Assembly: GCA_051546255.1 (NCBI GenBank)
Contig: CP128819.1
Location: forward strand, 496,001 to 560,000
From: Meyerozyma guilliermondii
Taxonomy: Eukaryota
Direction of reading: 5' to 3'
Length of the DNA: 64,000 nt
Shown here: positions 1 through 10,426 of the stretch, one piece after another
Numbering within the stretch: the first letter of the stretch is position 1
Layout: each line of letters opens with the position of its first letter
Notes under the pieces: generated by a model
Told to the model about the DNA's origin: nothing
Databases searched by the model: none
Seen by the model: only the letters and a program-made list of their open reading frames with translations
Position numbers and translations under genes: made by a program

Positions 1-1474
1 CTGCTCTTTGAACTGCAGATGCTTGTGATATTGGTGCAGTTAACAATGTAGAGAGCCCTAGACTGTGTTTCCAAACCTTGACTTTTCTTAACCCGGAGTC
101 AATCACATACTTGACTCCACTCACAGTGATGGAAGTTTCGGCAATGTTGGTGGCTAAGATTACCTTTCTCTTTCTTCCCTTGAGCTTGAGAAAAACTTTC
201 AGTTGCTGGTTGGCCGATAAGGCAGCATATAACGGAAATGGTTCTATCAAGGGTGTTTCTTTCGGAAGATGAGGAGCAATAGAATTTAATGTACTGACAC
301 AATTGTCGATTTCTTCTTGTCCGGGAAGAAAACATAGTATATCACCTTCAGGTTCAGTAGTGTTCACCTGAACAATTGCTCGGATTGTGGTGTCGACTAT
401 ATCATCCGACTTGTCTCGAAGATAGTATTTGGAGACGGGGTACATTTTACCCTCTATGAGCAAGATTGGTGCATTGCTGAAGAATTTGCTGAAAAGGTCT
501 GCATTCAAAGTTGCCGACATGACAATGACCTTCAAGTCAGGGCGTTCCTTATTAACAATTAATTCTCTTAAAAAGCCAAGAATGAGATCTGTTAGTATGG
601 TTCTCTCATGGGCCTCATCAATGACTATTATGGAGTACTTGGTGAGTTTTCTGTCAAGAATGAGTTCTCGCAAGAGCATACCATCGGTCAAGTACTTGAG
701 CTTTGTCTTCTTTCCACTTGTCACATTGGAAAATCGAACTTGGTATCCTACTTCCTCACCAAGTCTACAGCCGTATTCTTGGCTTACTCTTGCTGCAAGA
801 GAAGCTGCTGCAACTCTTCTAGGTTGAGTGACGGCAATTTGCTTAGATGCTGTGCCCATTAAAAATTGAGGAATCTGGGTAGATTTTCCCGATCCTGTTT
901 CTCCGATAACAACAGTCACTTGGTTCTTCTCAAAATAGCTCATAATCTCGTCCTTGTGTTGGTAAATAGGCAATGTCTTTCGAACTGCAAGTAATTCTTC
1001 ACTGCGTTTTCGAAGTTCAAACCGACTGATATTCTTCGATTCGAAAAAATCTCCTTTCTCGTCGTCACCATCCTCTTCTTCGTCACTGTTATAGACTACC
1101 TTTTTAGGGCCGTTTTCTGGCCGTGATTCAGAGGTATTTTTGTGCAGTTTCCTGCCATTTTCTTCAAATATCTTCTTAGTTTTCTTTCTTGGTGACTCGT
1201 TAATGGTTTCAGGATTCTCCTCAGATCTGCTGTTACTGGAATCATCGTTTTTATGAGCTATTCCGTTCGCTATAGCCGGTAAATCATTCTCTGCAACCGG
1301 TTCTGGAATTTCCTCATCGTTGAATATGGTCTTTTTATTAGCAAATTGTTTGGTTTCTGTATCCGCCAATATGTTTTTAACAACCTGCTTCCCCTTGTTT
1401 CTTCTCCTCTTCCGCCCAGATCGCACAACCTCTCCGTTAGGACTATTTCCAGCCTCTGTAATGCTCATGGACAT
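1..1474 (-). CDS. DHR2: DEAH-box RNA helicase, Dhr2/DHX33-like (partial, runs off the left edge; absent from the ORF track)
   Basis: Minus frame from ATG at 1474 (MSMSITEAGN...) reads VIGETGSGKSTQIPQFL (~910-860), VTQPRRVAA, VIDEAHERT and MSAT in the same frame. It has a long charged N-terminus. The DHR2 assignment among DEAH helicases is inferred. Confidence 0.85.
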   Translation of the reverse strand, partial: MSMSITEAGNSPNGEVVRSGRKRRRNKGKQVVKNILADTETKQFANKKTIFNDEEIPEPVAENDLPAIANGIAHKNDDSSNSRSEENPETINESPRKKTKKIFEENGRKLHKNTSESRPENGPKKVVYNSDEEEDGDDEKGDFFESKNISRFELRKRSEELLAVRKTLPIYQHKDEIMSYFEKNQVTVVIGETGSGKSTQIPQFLMGTASKQIAVTQPRRVAAASLAARVSQEYGCRLGEEVGYQVRFSNVTSGKKTKLKYLTDGMLLRELILDRKLTKYSIIVIDEAHERTILTDLILGFLRELIVNKERPDLKVIVMSATLNADLFSKFFSNAPILLIEGKMYPVSKYYLRDKSDDIVDTTIRAIVQVNTTEPEGDILCFLPGQEEIDNCVSTLNSIAPHLPKETPLIEPFPLYAALSANQQLKVFLKLKGRKRKVILATNIAETSITVSGVKYVIDSGLRKVKVWKHSLGLSTLLTAPISQASAVQRA

Positions 1475-1577
1475 GGCTTCATTCACTTCATCGCTCTCGA
1501 GATGCGACTTATGTGCACTACCATCGCACCATGAGAACCACGAAAGTGAGACTATCGTCCCATTCAGTTACATCAAA

Positions 1578-3140
1578 ATGTCTAAAATAGCACGGATTGG
1601 AGCACGTCCATCGAAGTTTCTTCTTCGTAGTACCGTGCAGATACGAAACCAGTCCCAGGCAGCGACGGTCGAGGCCCCTCCAGACACAATCCGGATTGTA
1701 CCGTCGCTCTCAGACCTCACTAAACCCGACCGTTTCGAATCCGATCTTCTGACCTCTTTGGTACGACATCTCCAGTCGAGATACCTCATTGAAGGAAGTA
1801 CGCACGAAGAGCTTTTCCATCTCAGTGAACCAGGCAAATCTGGCCAACTCAAGCTCTATTGTGGAGCAGACCCATCTGCCAAATCACTTCATATTGGAAA
1901 TCTATTACCATTTATGGTAATGCTCCACTTTAGATTACGTGGATATGATGTAGTAGGGCTCATTGGAGGAGCCACTGGTGCAGTCGGTGACCCCAGTGGC
2001 CGTAGCAAAGAAAGAGCACAAATAGAAAGCGACGAAAGAGCTGACAATGTTGCGAGAATTGAGCTGCAAATCAGACAATTTTTGAATAATGGTGTGGAAT
2101 ATGCCAGGTCCCGGAATTATCCATTTCCTGGTGATGTTGGCAAATCGGTGGTCAGAAATAATGCCGATTGGTGGAAATCTATTGGGATGCTTGATTTTTT
2201 GGCAAAGTATGGAAGACATATTAGAGTCACCAATATGTTGGCAAGAGATTCTATTCAGTCTCGGTTGTCTTCTCAGGGTGGTTTAGGATTCAATGAATTT
2301 ACCTATCAAGTTTTGCAAGCTTATGACTTTTGGGAGTTGTATAAGACAGAAGGAGTCAATCTTCAAATTGGTGGAAATGATCAGTGGGGAAATATTACTG
2401 CTGGAATTGATTTGATTTCACGGTTGCACAAACTTGAACCTCAGACAAAAGAAAGAAAAGATAAAAATGCATACGGCATTACCGTACCACTCTTGACAAC
2501 TCCCAGTGGTGAGAAGTTTGGTAAGTCTGCTGGTAATGCTGTGTTCATCGACCCTTCCATCACCTCACCTTACCAGCTCTACCAGTACTTCATTCAAACA
2601 CCTGACGAGATTGTGGGCAAGCTTTTGAAGGTTTTCACATTATTACCATTACATTCTGTGGATGAGCACATCCTTCCCGACCATGAAAAAGACCCCGGTT
2701 CTCGTATTGCCCAGCGTGTTTTGGCCAGAGAAGTGGTTGATTTGGTGCACGGAGTTGGTGTGGGTGATCAAATGGCCTATATTACCAGCTTTTTGTTTCC
2801 TACTCCCGATCAACCATTTGATGACGAAATTTCGGCCGCAAAGTTAATTGAGAATTTTAAAAGATCTGGTATTTTGGTGCACCTTGATAGCACCCAAGTC
2901 AAGTTCAACGACCTCAAGATGAGCACCTTGTTGTCCAAGGTGATGAACAAGTCAAAGACTGAAACAAAAAACTTGATCAAAAATGGAGGCATATATCTCG
3001 GACTCGAGAGAGAACAATTACAGGATCCAGATGATGTGGTGCTTTTCGACAAGGAGAATCACTTGATCGATAATAAACTTCTTCTTGTTCGGTCCGGGAA
3101 GCAAAATTATTACGTCGTTGTTATCGAAGACAGCGATTAG
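1578..3140 (+). CDS. MSY1: Mitochondrial tyrosyl-tRNA synthetase
   Basis: LYCGADPSAKSLHIGN (HIGH-like), QIGGNDQWGNI and KFGKS (KMSKS-like) motifs. ATG 1578 begins an Arg/Ser-rich presequence. The track's TTG start at 1320 overlaps DHR2 and is discarded. Confidence 0.95.
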   Translation: MSKIARIGARPSKFLLRSTVQIRNQSQAATVEAPPDTIRIVPSLSDLTKPDRFESDLLTSLVRHLQSRYLIEGSTHEELFHLSEPGKSGQLKLYCGADPSAKSLHIGNLLPFMVMLHFRLRGYDVVGLIGGATGAVGDPSGRSKERAQIESDERADNVARIELQIRQFLNNGVEYARSRNYPFPGDVGKSVVRNNADWWKSIGMLDFLAKYGRHIRVTNMLARDSIQSRLSSQGGLGFNEFTYQVLQAYDFWELYKTEGVNLQIGGNDQWGNITAGIDLISRLHKLEPQTKERKDKNAYGITVPLLTTPSGEKFGKSAGNAVFIDPSITSPYQLYQYFIQTPDEIVGKLLKVFTLLPLHSVDEHILPDHEKDPGSRIAQRVLAREVVDLVHGVGVGDQMAYITSFLFPTPDQPFDDEISAAKLIENFKRSGILVHLDSTQVKFNDLKMSTLLSKVMNKSKTETKNLIKNGGIYLGLEREQLQDPDDVVLFDKENHLIDNKLLLVRSGKQNYYVVVIEDSD

Positions 3141-3163
3141 TTGTATATATGTAAATAGTAAGG

Positions 3164-4363
3164 TTATTTTTCACTGTTCAATACTTGTTTGACCGCTGCA
3201 ATTACTTGAGGAAACACAGCTTTGTTGGCTGCGATGACACCCTGCGAATTCAAATATCTTCCCTGACCAAAGTCAAGTTGTTTTCCAGTGATGTCTCCAA
3301 CTTGTCCACCACTTTCAGTGATCAATATATTTCCAGCTGCGTGGTCCCAGATCTTCTCGCGATAAGTGTCGCTTATAGGTAAACGCAAATATATGTCAGC
3401 CTGGCCCTTCGCCAAAACACAATACTTGACCTGAGAATCAAGATTGATAGTTTGCGCTTCAACAGAACTTTCTTCAAAACCTAAAAGCTTCTTGACTTGT
3501 GATTGTTCTGAATGTGAAGAATGGCCAGATTCAACACCTTCAGCCACCTTCAATTCACTAGGTGAAGTACTTTGCTTCATCTTAAGACGTTCCTGCTGGT
3601 CAAGCGGCTTGAGTGGCTGGAACAAGCTGGTATAGTAGGACCCAAGTCCTTTGATAGCAGAGAAAAGTCCACCTTTTTCACCAGACATGTTGGAGTTGGA
3701 GATGATAGTAGCAGGCAAGTTGGGACATCCAATAACCCCAAGAACAACTTCCCCGTTTTCTACCAAAGCCAAACACACGGCAAACTGGTCACCTCTCAAG
3801 AAACCCTTGGTTCCATCAATGGGGTCCAAAGCCCAGAATCGTCCACTAGATCCACCTTTCGAATTGCCGAGATCAATGCTATCGTATATCGAATCCAACA
3901 GAGTAAGCGAGCCAATTTTTTCGTCCAATTCCTTTGTCTCGGACTGAACATCGTCAATGATCTGCTTAATACGTTCGCTCAACTTTTTGGCTTCGGCAGA
4001 ATCATCTTTCAACCCATCCGAGTCTTCTTCTCCGACAATTTCATCACTGGGAAAATTCTTTTTGATGGCAAAATTTATGATTGCTTGGGCAGCATAGTCG
4101 CCCACCGTCACTGGTGACTTGTCCTCCTTTGTCAAAGTTCCAGATTTTTGGGTGGTGGAAATGGAATCACTCAACTTTTTCGTCAAGATCGAAGCTCTTT
4201 GTACCGCCAAGCTTGCTATTTCTATCTCGTGGGAAAATCTCGTCATGGTATGTATTGTACGGTTCAGCAAGATGTTCAATGCCTTGTAAGCTACTCGTGG
4301 GGTTATATATGCACAAAGAATCACAACAATTATTGATATAAGAGTTCTGAACGAATTCTTCAT
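3164..4363 (-). CDS. MET22: 3'(2'),5'-bisphosphate nucleotidase (Hal2/Met22); second in-frame ATG at 4246
   Basis: DKSPVTVGDYAAQ, EIVGEED, WALDPIDGTKGFLRG, DSQVKY and EKIWDHAAG motifs. Confidence 0.95.
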   Translation of the reverse strand: MKNSFRTLISIIVVILCAYITPRVAYKALNILLNRTIHTMTRFSHEIEIASLAVQRASILTKKLSDSISTTQKSGTLTKEDKSPVTVGDYAAQAIINFAIKKNFPSDEIVGEEDSDGLKDDSAEAKKLSERIKQIIDDVQSETKELDEKIGSLTLLDSIYDSIDLGNSKGGSSGRFWALDPIDGTKGFLRGDQFAVCLALVENGEVVLGVIGCPNLPATIISNSNMSGEKGGLFSAIKGLGSYYTSLFQPLKPLDQQERLKMKQSTSPSELKVAEGVESGHSSHSEQSQVKKLLGFEESSVEAQTINLDSQVKYCVLAKGQADIYLRLPISDTYREKIWDHAAGNILITESGGQVGDITGKQLDFGQGRYLNSQGVIAANKAVFPQVIAAVKQVLNSEK

Positions 4364-4443
4364 TATCGGTGTGCGGGTGCCAAGCCGGTGAAAACCAGGC
4401 TTGGATCATGCTCCAAGATACACTTGTTTTGCTATAATATGCC

Positions 4444-5409
4444 ATGGATACGTCTCTCCTTGTTTTGTGGGTATTCACAAGCATATGTTTTGTGCTACAG
4501 TTGCTTCCTATAATGTCGGTGCCTTTGACAGGAAAAGCGGTTGGGTATAATCTTTTTCTTAGTGAGTTCAATGACCTCAAGTTTGGAGTGTTTGGAGTAT
4601 GTAATATCACCACAGACATCTGTTCCCTGCCCAGAATAGGCTACCCAGCCAGATTTAACAACTTGGAAAACGCACCTTCATCTAGCGTTGATACAGGGTT
4701 CATACAACTCCCCTCCAGAACGAGATACACCGTTTCCAAATTGCTCATTGTCCATGTGGTTGGATTCGGTTTCAGTGTCATATTATTCCTTATTCTGGGA
4801 GGACTAGTGATAAACTCGCTTTGGAACGATCGACAAAGACGTCAACTAAAACAATCTCGTCAACTAACTTCACCAGACGCTCTGGTGCACCTGAAAAAAC
4901 TGATTCCCAGAGCTAGGCCACCAAAAAAATATGACGGATGTCTCGTTCCTTACCTCACCATCAACTTGATGTTATCGCTCTTGTCATTTCTTCTGACTTT
5001 GCTAGCATTTCTTGTCGACATTCTCTTATTTGTGCCTCACCTAAGCTACGTTGGATGGGTTCAATTGTGTCCCGTTATAATCACTATGGTGATCGCCTGT
5101 ATGCTTTGCTTTATGAAACGGTCTATCGAGTCACGAAGACTCTATGACAGACCCCACGCTATCGAGTTCGATGATATGAGGACAAAAAGAAGCAGTAATG
5201 ACTTGAGTCGTTTCTCAACGGCCAGTGATGACGGTTTCTTTGTATACACTAATGGGTTCTACAGCGCTCAGAAACCAGAATCTACTGTCCTGGACTCTAA
5301 TTTGCATGAACCACGGTGGGAATGGCATAACAGAAACGACCAGTCGTCTCCTGCTCCTACACCAAGTGAAGATGCATTGGAGAATTCGAGCAATAGAACA
5401 TCGACCTAA
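4444..5409 (+). CDS. RIM9: PalI/Rim9 (SUR7/PalI family) membrane protein
   Basis: N-terminal hydrophobic segment, FGVFGVC...C loop motif and three further TM helices. The RIM9-AEP1-KAR5 order matches my recollection of S. cerevisiae YMR063W-065W. Confidence 0.8.
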   Translation: MDTSLLVLWVFTSICFVLQLLPIMSVPLTGKAVGYNLFLSEFNDLKFGVFGVCNITTDICSLPRIGYPARFNNLENAPSSSVDTGFIQLPSRTRYTVSKLLIVHVVGFGFSVILFLILGGLVINSLWNDRQRRQLKQSRQLTSPDALVHLKKLIPRARPPKKYDGCLVPYLTINLMLSLLSFLLTLLAFLVDILLFVPHLSYVGWVQLCPVIITMVIACMLCFMKRSIESRRLYDRPHAIEFDDMRTKRSSNDLSRFSTASDDGFFVYTNGFYSAQKPESTVLDSNLHEPRWEWHNRNDQSSPAPTPSEDALENSSNRTST

Positions 5410-5441
5410 CTTCTATACTTTCATATGCTGGCGTATGTACA

Positions 5442-6782
5442 TTATATTTTTGTCGCTACAGTAGAGAGCTCGTCTATAGTCTCTTTGTCAAGATTGCCTG
5501 AGGCTTTCAAACGTTCAACAAGATTTGATATCTTCAACGAGCGTACTGCCAATGGTTGGTCTTTACCTAATTGTATAGCTTTTAAGACTATATCCTTGCA
5601 CAATTTGCTCAAAATATCATCTGTGGATCTGTTCAAAACTAGGTTAATGAACTGTTGCAAGTCAAACTCGCTAGTCACTATCTCATCCAAAATTCGTTTG
5701 GCATAAGCTGGTGTGATTCCCCGGTGAAACAATGCTGGCTTAAGTGGTTTTAACTCCCGCAACACTTTAGTATGCAATTGAGGGCTCAGCGCTATAGGGC
5801 TGACATGCTTGAGATAAGAAGAAAGGAAAAAGTCAAAGGTCTCAGCGCTCGGTGCAACTTTTCGCTCCTGAACTAGTATGTGAAGCATAGCTCTGGCTTC
5901 GTCGAAGCTCGAGGACATTGTGTGCAAGTATGCAAGTCTATCCAAGGTCGCAGAGTCCACTTCTTCAAGTACCGTTTTTATCGTTGGGTTGTTGGAAAAA
6001 TTGAGCAAACCTTCGAGTTTGGCCCTGATATCTGATACATGGGTGTGATAAACGACATCCACAAGCTTGGTAACAAAGTTTTTAGTACTCGCAGCAGTCA
6101 TCTCGTAGATGTGTTGATCTATATAGGTCAACAACTGCACTAGATTATGGCTACTTTCAACGCATTCGTCGGAGTGAAGAAAGTAGTTGGCCAAGGAGCC
6201 AAACGACATGCTTTGTGAACCATAACGAAACATATTCGAGCCTTTGAGAAGAGTTTCGAATAATTCACCGAGTCCTTGAGTTGTAAATAAGTCAGATTTT
6301 AGTTCCTTTCTTGCAGAGCTAATAAGAGCTTCAGTCTTGGAGTGAGTATCCTTGTTGAAAAATGACAAGCTTTCGACTTCATCATCTATTTCTCTCAACT
6401 CTAGGATCTCGTTATTGAATACTTCGAACCATTTAGTTGCAGTAATTGTGTAATACAAGTTGATCACTGTATCTTCTCCGTTCATAGTCACCATCTTGTG
6501 GTTACTATTTCCTGTGAAAGGAGCATCTTTTGCAAGTGTTGTCGTAAAGAGGTCATTAAATTGTGGTCTGGAGAGAAAATCAGCAACATTTTCAGGACTG
6601 GGAATCTCATGATGATATTTTGGAAGATGATCGAAGTTTGGTCTTCGAGGTATAGCGGCTCTGTTTTCTTCAGGAGTCAATTTTTCGCTCTCAAATTTGA
6701 ACCTTTCGTCATTTGGGACGAACAGAAACGTTTGCTTCGTTCCTAGACGCCTGATACCCGTGGATCGTATGGCACCGATCAT
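5442..6782 (-). CDS. AEP1: Mitochondrial helical-repeat protein, probable ATPase expression protein 1
   Basis: ATG 6782 starts a presequence-like MIGAIRSTGIRRLGTK. There is a PPR-like segment (EARAMLHILVQERKVAPSAETF). The name rests mainly on its position between RIM9 and KAR5. Confidence 0.65.
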   Translation of the reverse strand: MIGAIRSTGIRRLGTKQTFLFVPNDERFKFESEKLTPEENRAAIPRRPNFDHLPKYHHEIPSPENVADFLSRPQFNDLFTTTLAKDAPFTGNSNHKMVTMNGEDTVINLYYTITATKWFEVFNNEILELREIDDEVESLSFFNKDTHSKTEALISSARKELKSDLFTTQGLGELFETLLKGSNMFRYGSQSMSFGSLANYFLHSDECVESSHNLVQLLTYIDQHIYEMTAASTKNFVTKLVDVVYHTHVSDIRAKLEGLLNFSNNPTIKTVLEEVDSATLDRLAYLHTMSSSFDEARAMLHILVQERKVAPSAETFDFFLSSYLKHVSPIALSPQLHTKVLRELKPLKPALFHRGITPAYAKRILDEIVTSEFDLQQFINLVLNRSTDDILSKLCKDIVLKAIQLGKDQPLAVRSLKISNLVERLKASGNLDKETIDELSTVATKI

Positions 6783-7060
6783 TGGTAGTATCTGGAAAAA
6801 TTCGAAAAGTTGATGCAGTTCCTGCAGGTGCGAAGGAGCGAAGTGCATGTAGGGCAAGTGGAAGATGAATGGGTAGGGCCTCTCCAAATGAAAAAAACTG
6901 GGTCAGAACCCTTACGGAAGCCTTTCTATGAGCTTGATGCTTAAGGATTTCCACTTTTGGATCAATTGTGAAATAAATCAAAAAAGTGTCACAGGTGTGT
7001 TTCGAATTTGCAGCCATTTCTCAACTATTAAGATTTCATTATAGTGCACCAATTACCACG

Positions 7061-8542
7061 ATGAAGAAGATTCTACGGCTAGTTTTCATTTTGGTCTACA
7101 CTAATATCAGCACATTTGTGTCAGCACATGAATTGGAGGACGCAGCTAGTTTTACGGCTGATGAACTTGATAGACTCTTGGAAGATCCACCTGGTTGTAT
7201 TCAGCTTGCTATGCGTCCCATTTTTGAAAAATGTGTGTTGAATGGAATTCATGCTGTTGACCCAAAGGATAGACGCTCACTGGCTATAGAAATGTCTGTT
7301 TGTGAGTTTGAAAGTGCTGGTGTCGAATACCCAGCAGAGTGTTCAACCACTGACTATGACACATGTATTTGGAAACTAGGCCTTGTACCTCAATATTGGA
7401 CTACTTTTAGTGGAAATTACCGAGACATTGGATTGTTTTGTGAAGGTGTGTCTCGAAATAATGAAAAGGAACAATTAGTTTTACTCTACCTGAACATAAC
7501 CAAGGTGTTTGCAGGATTTCGACATGCATTTTATGAGTCCTATTCCAAGTCACAAGAGATGAAAGATGAAATGGAAGAAGGTTTCTCTAGGTGGTCTGCG
7601 GATTTTGATATTGCCAAAGACCAACATAAGGAGTTTTATGAATTTGTTGCAAAACAGCAAGAGCACATCAAAATAGAGTTGATGAAAAATCAAAAAGTCA
7701 TTTTTGACTTTCACGATGAGCAGGAAGTGCGATTCAACTCTTATTCCAATCATATTGTGGACGTAATAGACTCAATGGCAGTGGATCTAGATATCATTCT
7801 AGCCAAGTTGGCTGATGATGGTATAATTGAGGATATGGAAAATCAGAAAAGTAAGTCTCTTGACATCATGAAATCATACAGCGAGGACGCAGAGCTCACA
7901 CTTTCGAGAATTGTTAGTGAGTTGGAAAGGGTAGGCATTATACAGAAGAACGATGTGTCTATCGTGGAAAACTTAAATTCTGGATTGGCGGATACGTCCA
8001 ATAAAGTCAGCAAATTAAACAAGGATTTTGAGGATTTAGACTCTCACTTTCAGCACACTAAGGACCTTATTGAGAGCGAGGTTTCCTTCCTTTTTGCTAA
8101 TCTCATAGGGGAAATGGAGACAAAGTTATCACAGGCATTAGAAAATGTTGATGATAGAATCGAATTGCATTTTGTTTCACAATTGGAGTTCCTAGATAAA
8201 TCTTTAAATGAGACATGGGAAGCTATACTCACCTTCAAACAGGATTGGCAAATATTCACTCTGATCTTTGAAAATTTCGAAAACATACCAAAAAGCATTC
8301 TGCATTTCGTGACCAGTGGACTTTACAAAACCAATGAAATACTCACACAAACCAGCTATTTCTGGTCTACAATCTTGAACATTCCCGTTTCTTTGCTATC
8401 AAATATTCTTCGCTACACTATGGCAGCATCATGGATAGCTATATTGTTCATATTGATATCCTTGAGGTACGGCTCCACGAAACTGTTTCTTTTAGTAATT
8501 ATGGTCTTGCTAGTGGTATTTTTAAATACTCATAGGTGGTGA
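7061..8542 (+). CDS. KAR5: Nuclear fusion protein Kar5/Tht1
   Basis: Signal peptide, Cys-rich domain (AIEMSVCEFESAG..YPAEC...C...YWTTFSGNYRDIGLFC), coiled-coil middle and C-terminal TM helices. Confidence 0.9.
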   Translation: MKKILRLVFILVYTNISTFVSAHELEDAASFTADELDRLLEDPPGCIQLAMRPIFEKCVLNGIHAVDPKDRRSLAIEMSVCEFESAGVEYPAECSTTDYDTCIWKLGLVPQYWTTFSGNYRDIGLFCEGVSRNNEKEQLVLLYLNITKVFAGFRHAFYESYSKSQEMKDEMEEGFSRWSADFDIAKDQHKEFYEFVAKQQEHIKIELMKNQKVIFDFHDEQEVRFNSYSNHIVDVIDSMAVDLDIILAKLADDGIIEDMENQKSKSLDIMKSYSEDAELTLSRIVSELERVGIIQKNDVSIVENLNSGLADTSNKVSKLNKDFEDLDSHFQHTKDLIESEVSFLFANLIGEMETKLSQALENVDDRIELHFVSQLEFLDKSLNETWEAILTFKQDWQIFTLIFENFENIPKSILHFVTSGLYKTNEILTQTSYFWSTILNIPVSLLSNILRYTMAASWIAILFILISLRYGSTKLFLLVIMVLLVVFLNTHRW

Positions 8543-9153
8543 GTGAGTATTTTGCACCCAAATGATTGAAGAGCTTCTTGATCGATTGCAAGCTGACGTA
8601 AGCTGACTACAACCAGAATACCTCGTAAATCAAGCAGCTTAGATAATGTCAGTTCAAATGTGGATGTTTCAAGTTAGTGGGATTTGTCAAGAAATCCCTC
8701 AAGTACCACATCTGATGAATAATGAGTATGGGTTCATCTAGAGCTCTACGAGTTGTCTACAAATCTTTAGCTATCAATTACCAGAACCCCAACTTAACTT
8801 CAATTTAAGTCAGAACTGGTAGCATTTCAACAGGGCTACTACGTTTAATGGATTCAAAGTGATACATTTTCACCACATTTAATGGAGAATCCAGCCGCTG
8901 ATCCTTATGCGGCTTGGAGTTTGAAACCCCCGCTTCACCACCAGCTATAAATAAGAGCTAATGGAGCCTCAAATATTAGGGAGACAATTGCGTCAGGGTT
9001 TGAGTTCAATATAATTTCCAAGGAGTGCTAGTACTAACTACCCCTTATTTCGTGCTCATAACTGCTACTACAATACGTAGGTAGAAGAACCATAATTAAC
9101 CACCAACCTTACGTGGAACTTACTTGCCCAGAGTTAAGCTGAATTTGCAACCA

Positions 9154-10353
9154 ATGCTGTCATCAGATTCAAGCAAGAGACCGGATATTGGTTCCAGAAA
9201 TTTCTTTTCTGATGCCAAATCAAGATCAATACTTCGAAAGGATTCTCCCGAGAGCCCAGAGTGTATTTTTCATGCTCGTTGGGCAACAACTGAACCAGAC
9301 ACTCCTACTCTGTCTGATCAGAGTGATGAAAATTATCAAAGACATGAAGAATTAAGAGTTGAAATGGATAGTGGTACTGGAGGCTTTGACAAAGATGCCA
9401 TTTTAATATTGATGTCTAACATTGAAGCCAAACTTGCCGCTCTAGAAATATCAGTTTCTAAAGCCAATTCAGTTCCAGCGACCACAACTCAAGTTGACCC
9501 AGCTTCAGTTAGTCTCGCACAGGACAAACCCTTTCCAATCAGTAGATATGCCAACAGCTGGATGGAATGGAATTTTAAGGAATTTAGGAGACTTCCACAA
9601 CTCATCGGTGATTACAAGAGATGGAGAAAGACCTTTGATGATTTCTTCAGAAAGTATGAAATTCTCGAAAAAATTATAAGGTTTGATTTGAAACTTGATG
9701 AAATCAACTTAACTACGAAGTTAAGGTACAAATTCTGTTTGAGCAAAATAGATGATGGTGAGTTTCAAGATTTTTTGAGCTTTATCATATCTGGCTTGAA
9801 TACCACTTTGATCAATGTATCTGGAGCAGATATTAGTAAGGTGCCAGATGATACATTGCAGACGGTTGTCAGGGAGATCTACGAAAATTATGATTACTAC
9901 TACTTTGATAAAGTGTCAACTCATGTCAATGAGTATATGGTATTCAATAATTGGGATGCAAAACCTCCGACAGATGTTGGAACTGATGTTCAATTATTCT
10001 TTTGTACACGCGACTATACTGATTTTCGTATGTGTTGTTCTCATATCAGTGTATATAATGATGCTTTCAATCACTTATTGAAGCTTATTGCTGATGAATT
10101 TAAGAAATATTCAAAGGGAGAGGAATACAAGTCTCTCCGTGAAGTTATGGCGGCGTTCAAGCTTACTGATCATTATCGACGATGTGAGAATAACAAATAT
10201 GATTGGCTCACATTCAACAAGTTGTTTCATCAGAAGTACAACAAACAACTCATAGATGCTGCTAAATCCAAGAGTTTGAACAATTCCAAGAAGAAGTCCA
10301 ATTCTAATCAGAAGTCTCGAAGAAGAAAGCGTTACCAGCTGAACAATCCGTAA
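9154..10353 (+). CDS. Ty1/copia Gag-like protein, intact 399-aa ORF (retrotransposon-derived; possibly domesticated)
   Basis: Uninterrupted ORF with the Gag-like motif LPQLIGDYKRWRKTFDDFF, a helical core and a very basic N/K/S/R-rich C-terminus. A copia-type protease relic follows directly. TATAAATA lies at 8946-8953. Confidence 0.65.
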   Translation: MLSSDSSKRPDIGSRNFFSDAKSRSILRKDSPESPECIFHARWATTEPDTPTLSDQSDENYQRHEELRVEMDSGTGGFDKDAILILMSNIEAKLAALEISVSKANSVPATTTQVDPASVSLAQDKPFPISRYANSWMEWNFKEFRRLPQLIGDYKRWRKTFDDFFRKYEILEKIIRFDLKLDEINLTTKLRYKFCLSKIDDGEFQDFLSFIISGLNTTLINVSGADISKVPDDTLQTVVREIYENYDYYYFDKVSTHVNEYMVFNNWDAKPPTDVGTDVQLFFCTRDYTDFRMCCSHISVYNDAFNHLLKLIADEFKKYSKGEEYKSLREVMAAFKLTDHYRRCENNKYDWLTFNKLFHQKYNKQLIDAAKSKSLNNSKKKSNSNQKSRRRKRYQLNNP

Positions 10354-10426
10354 GGAAGGTATTTGAGATACAATGTCATATTTCCGACGAATACTCGTTC
10401 CGTCAAAATTCGAAAATTCTCCGATG

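Noticed and set aside
1320..1577. N-terminal extension of MSY1 from TTG 1320
   Set aside because: Non-ATG start antisense to the DHR2 CDS; ATG 1578 gives a normal presequence.
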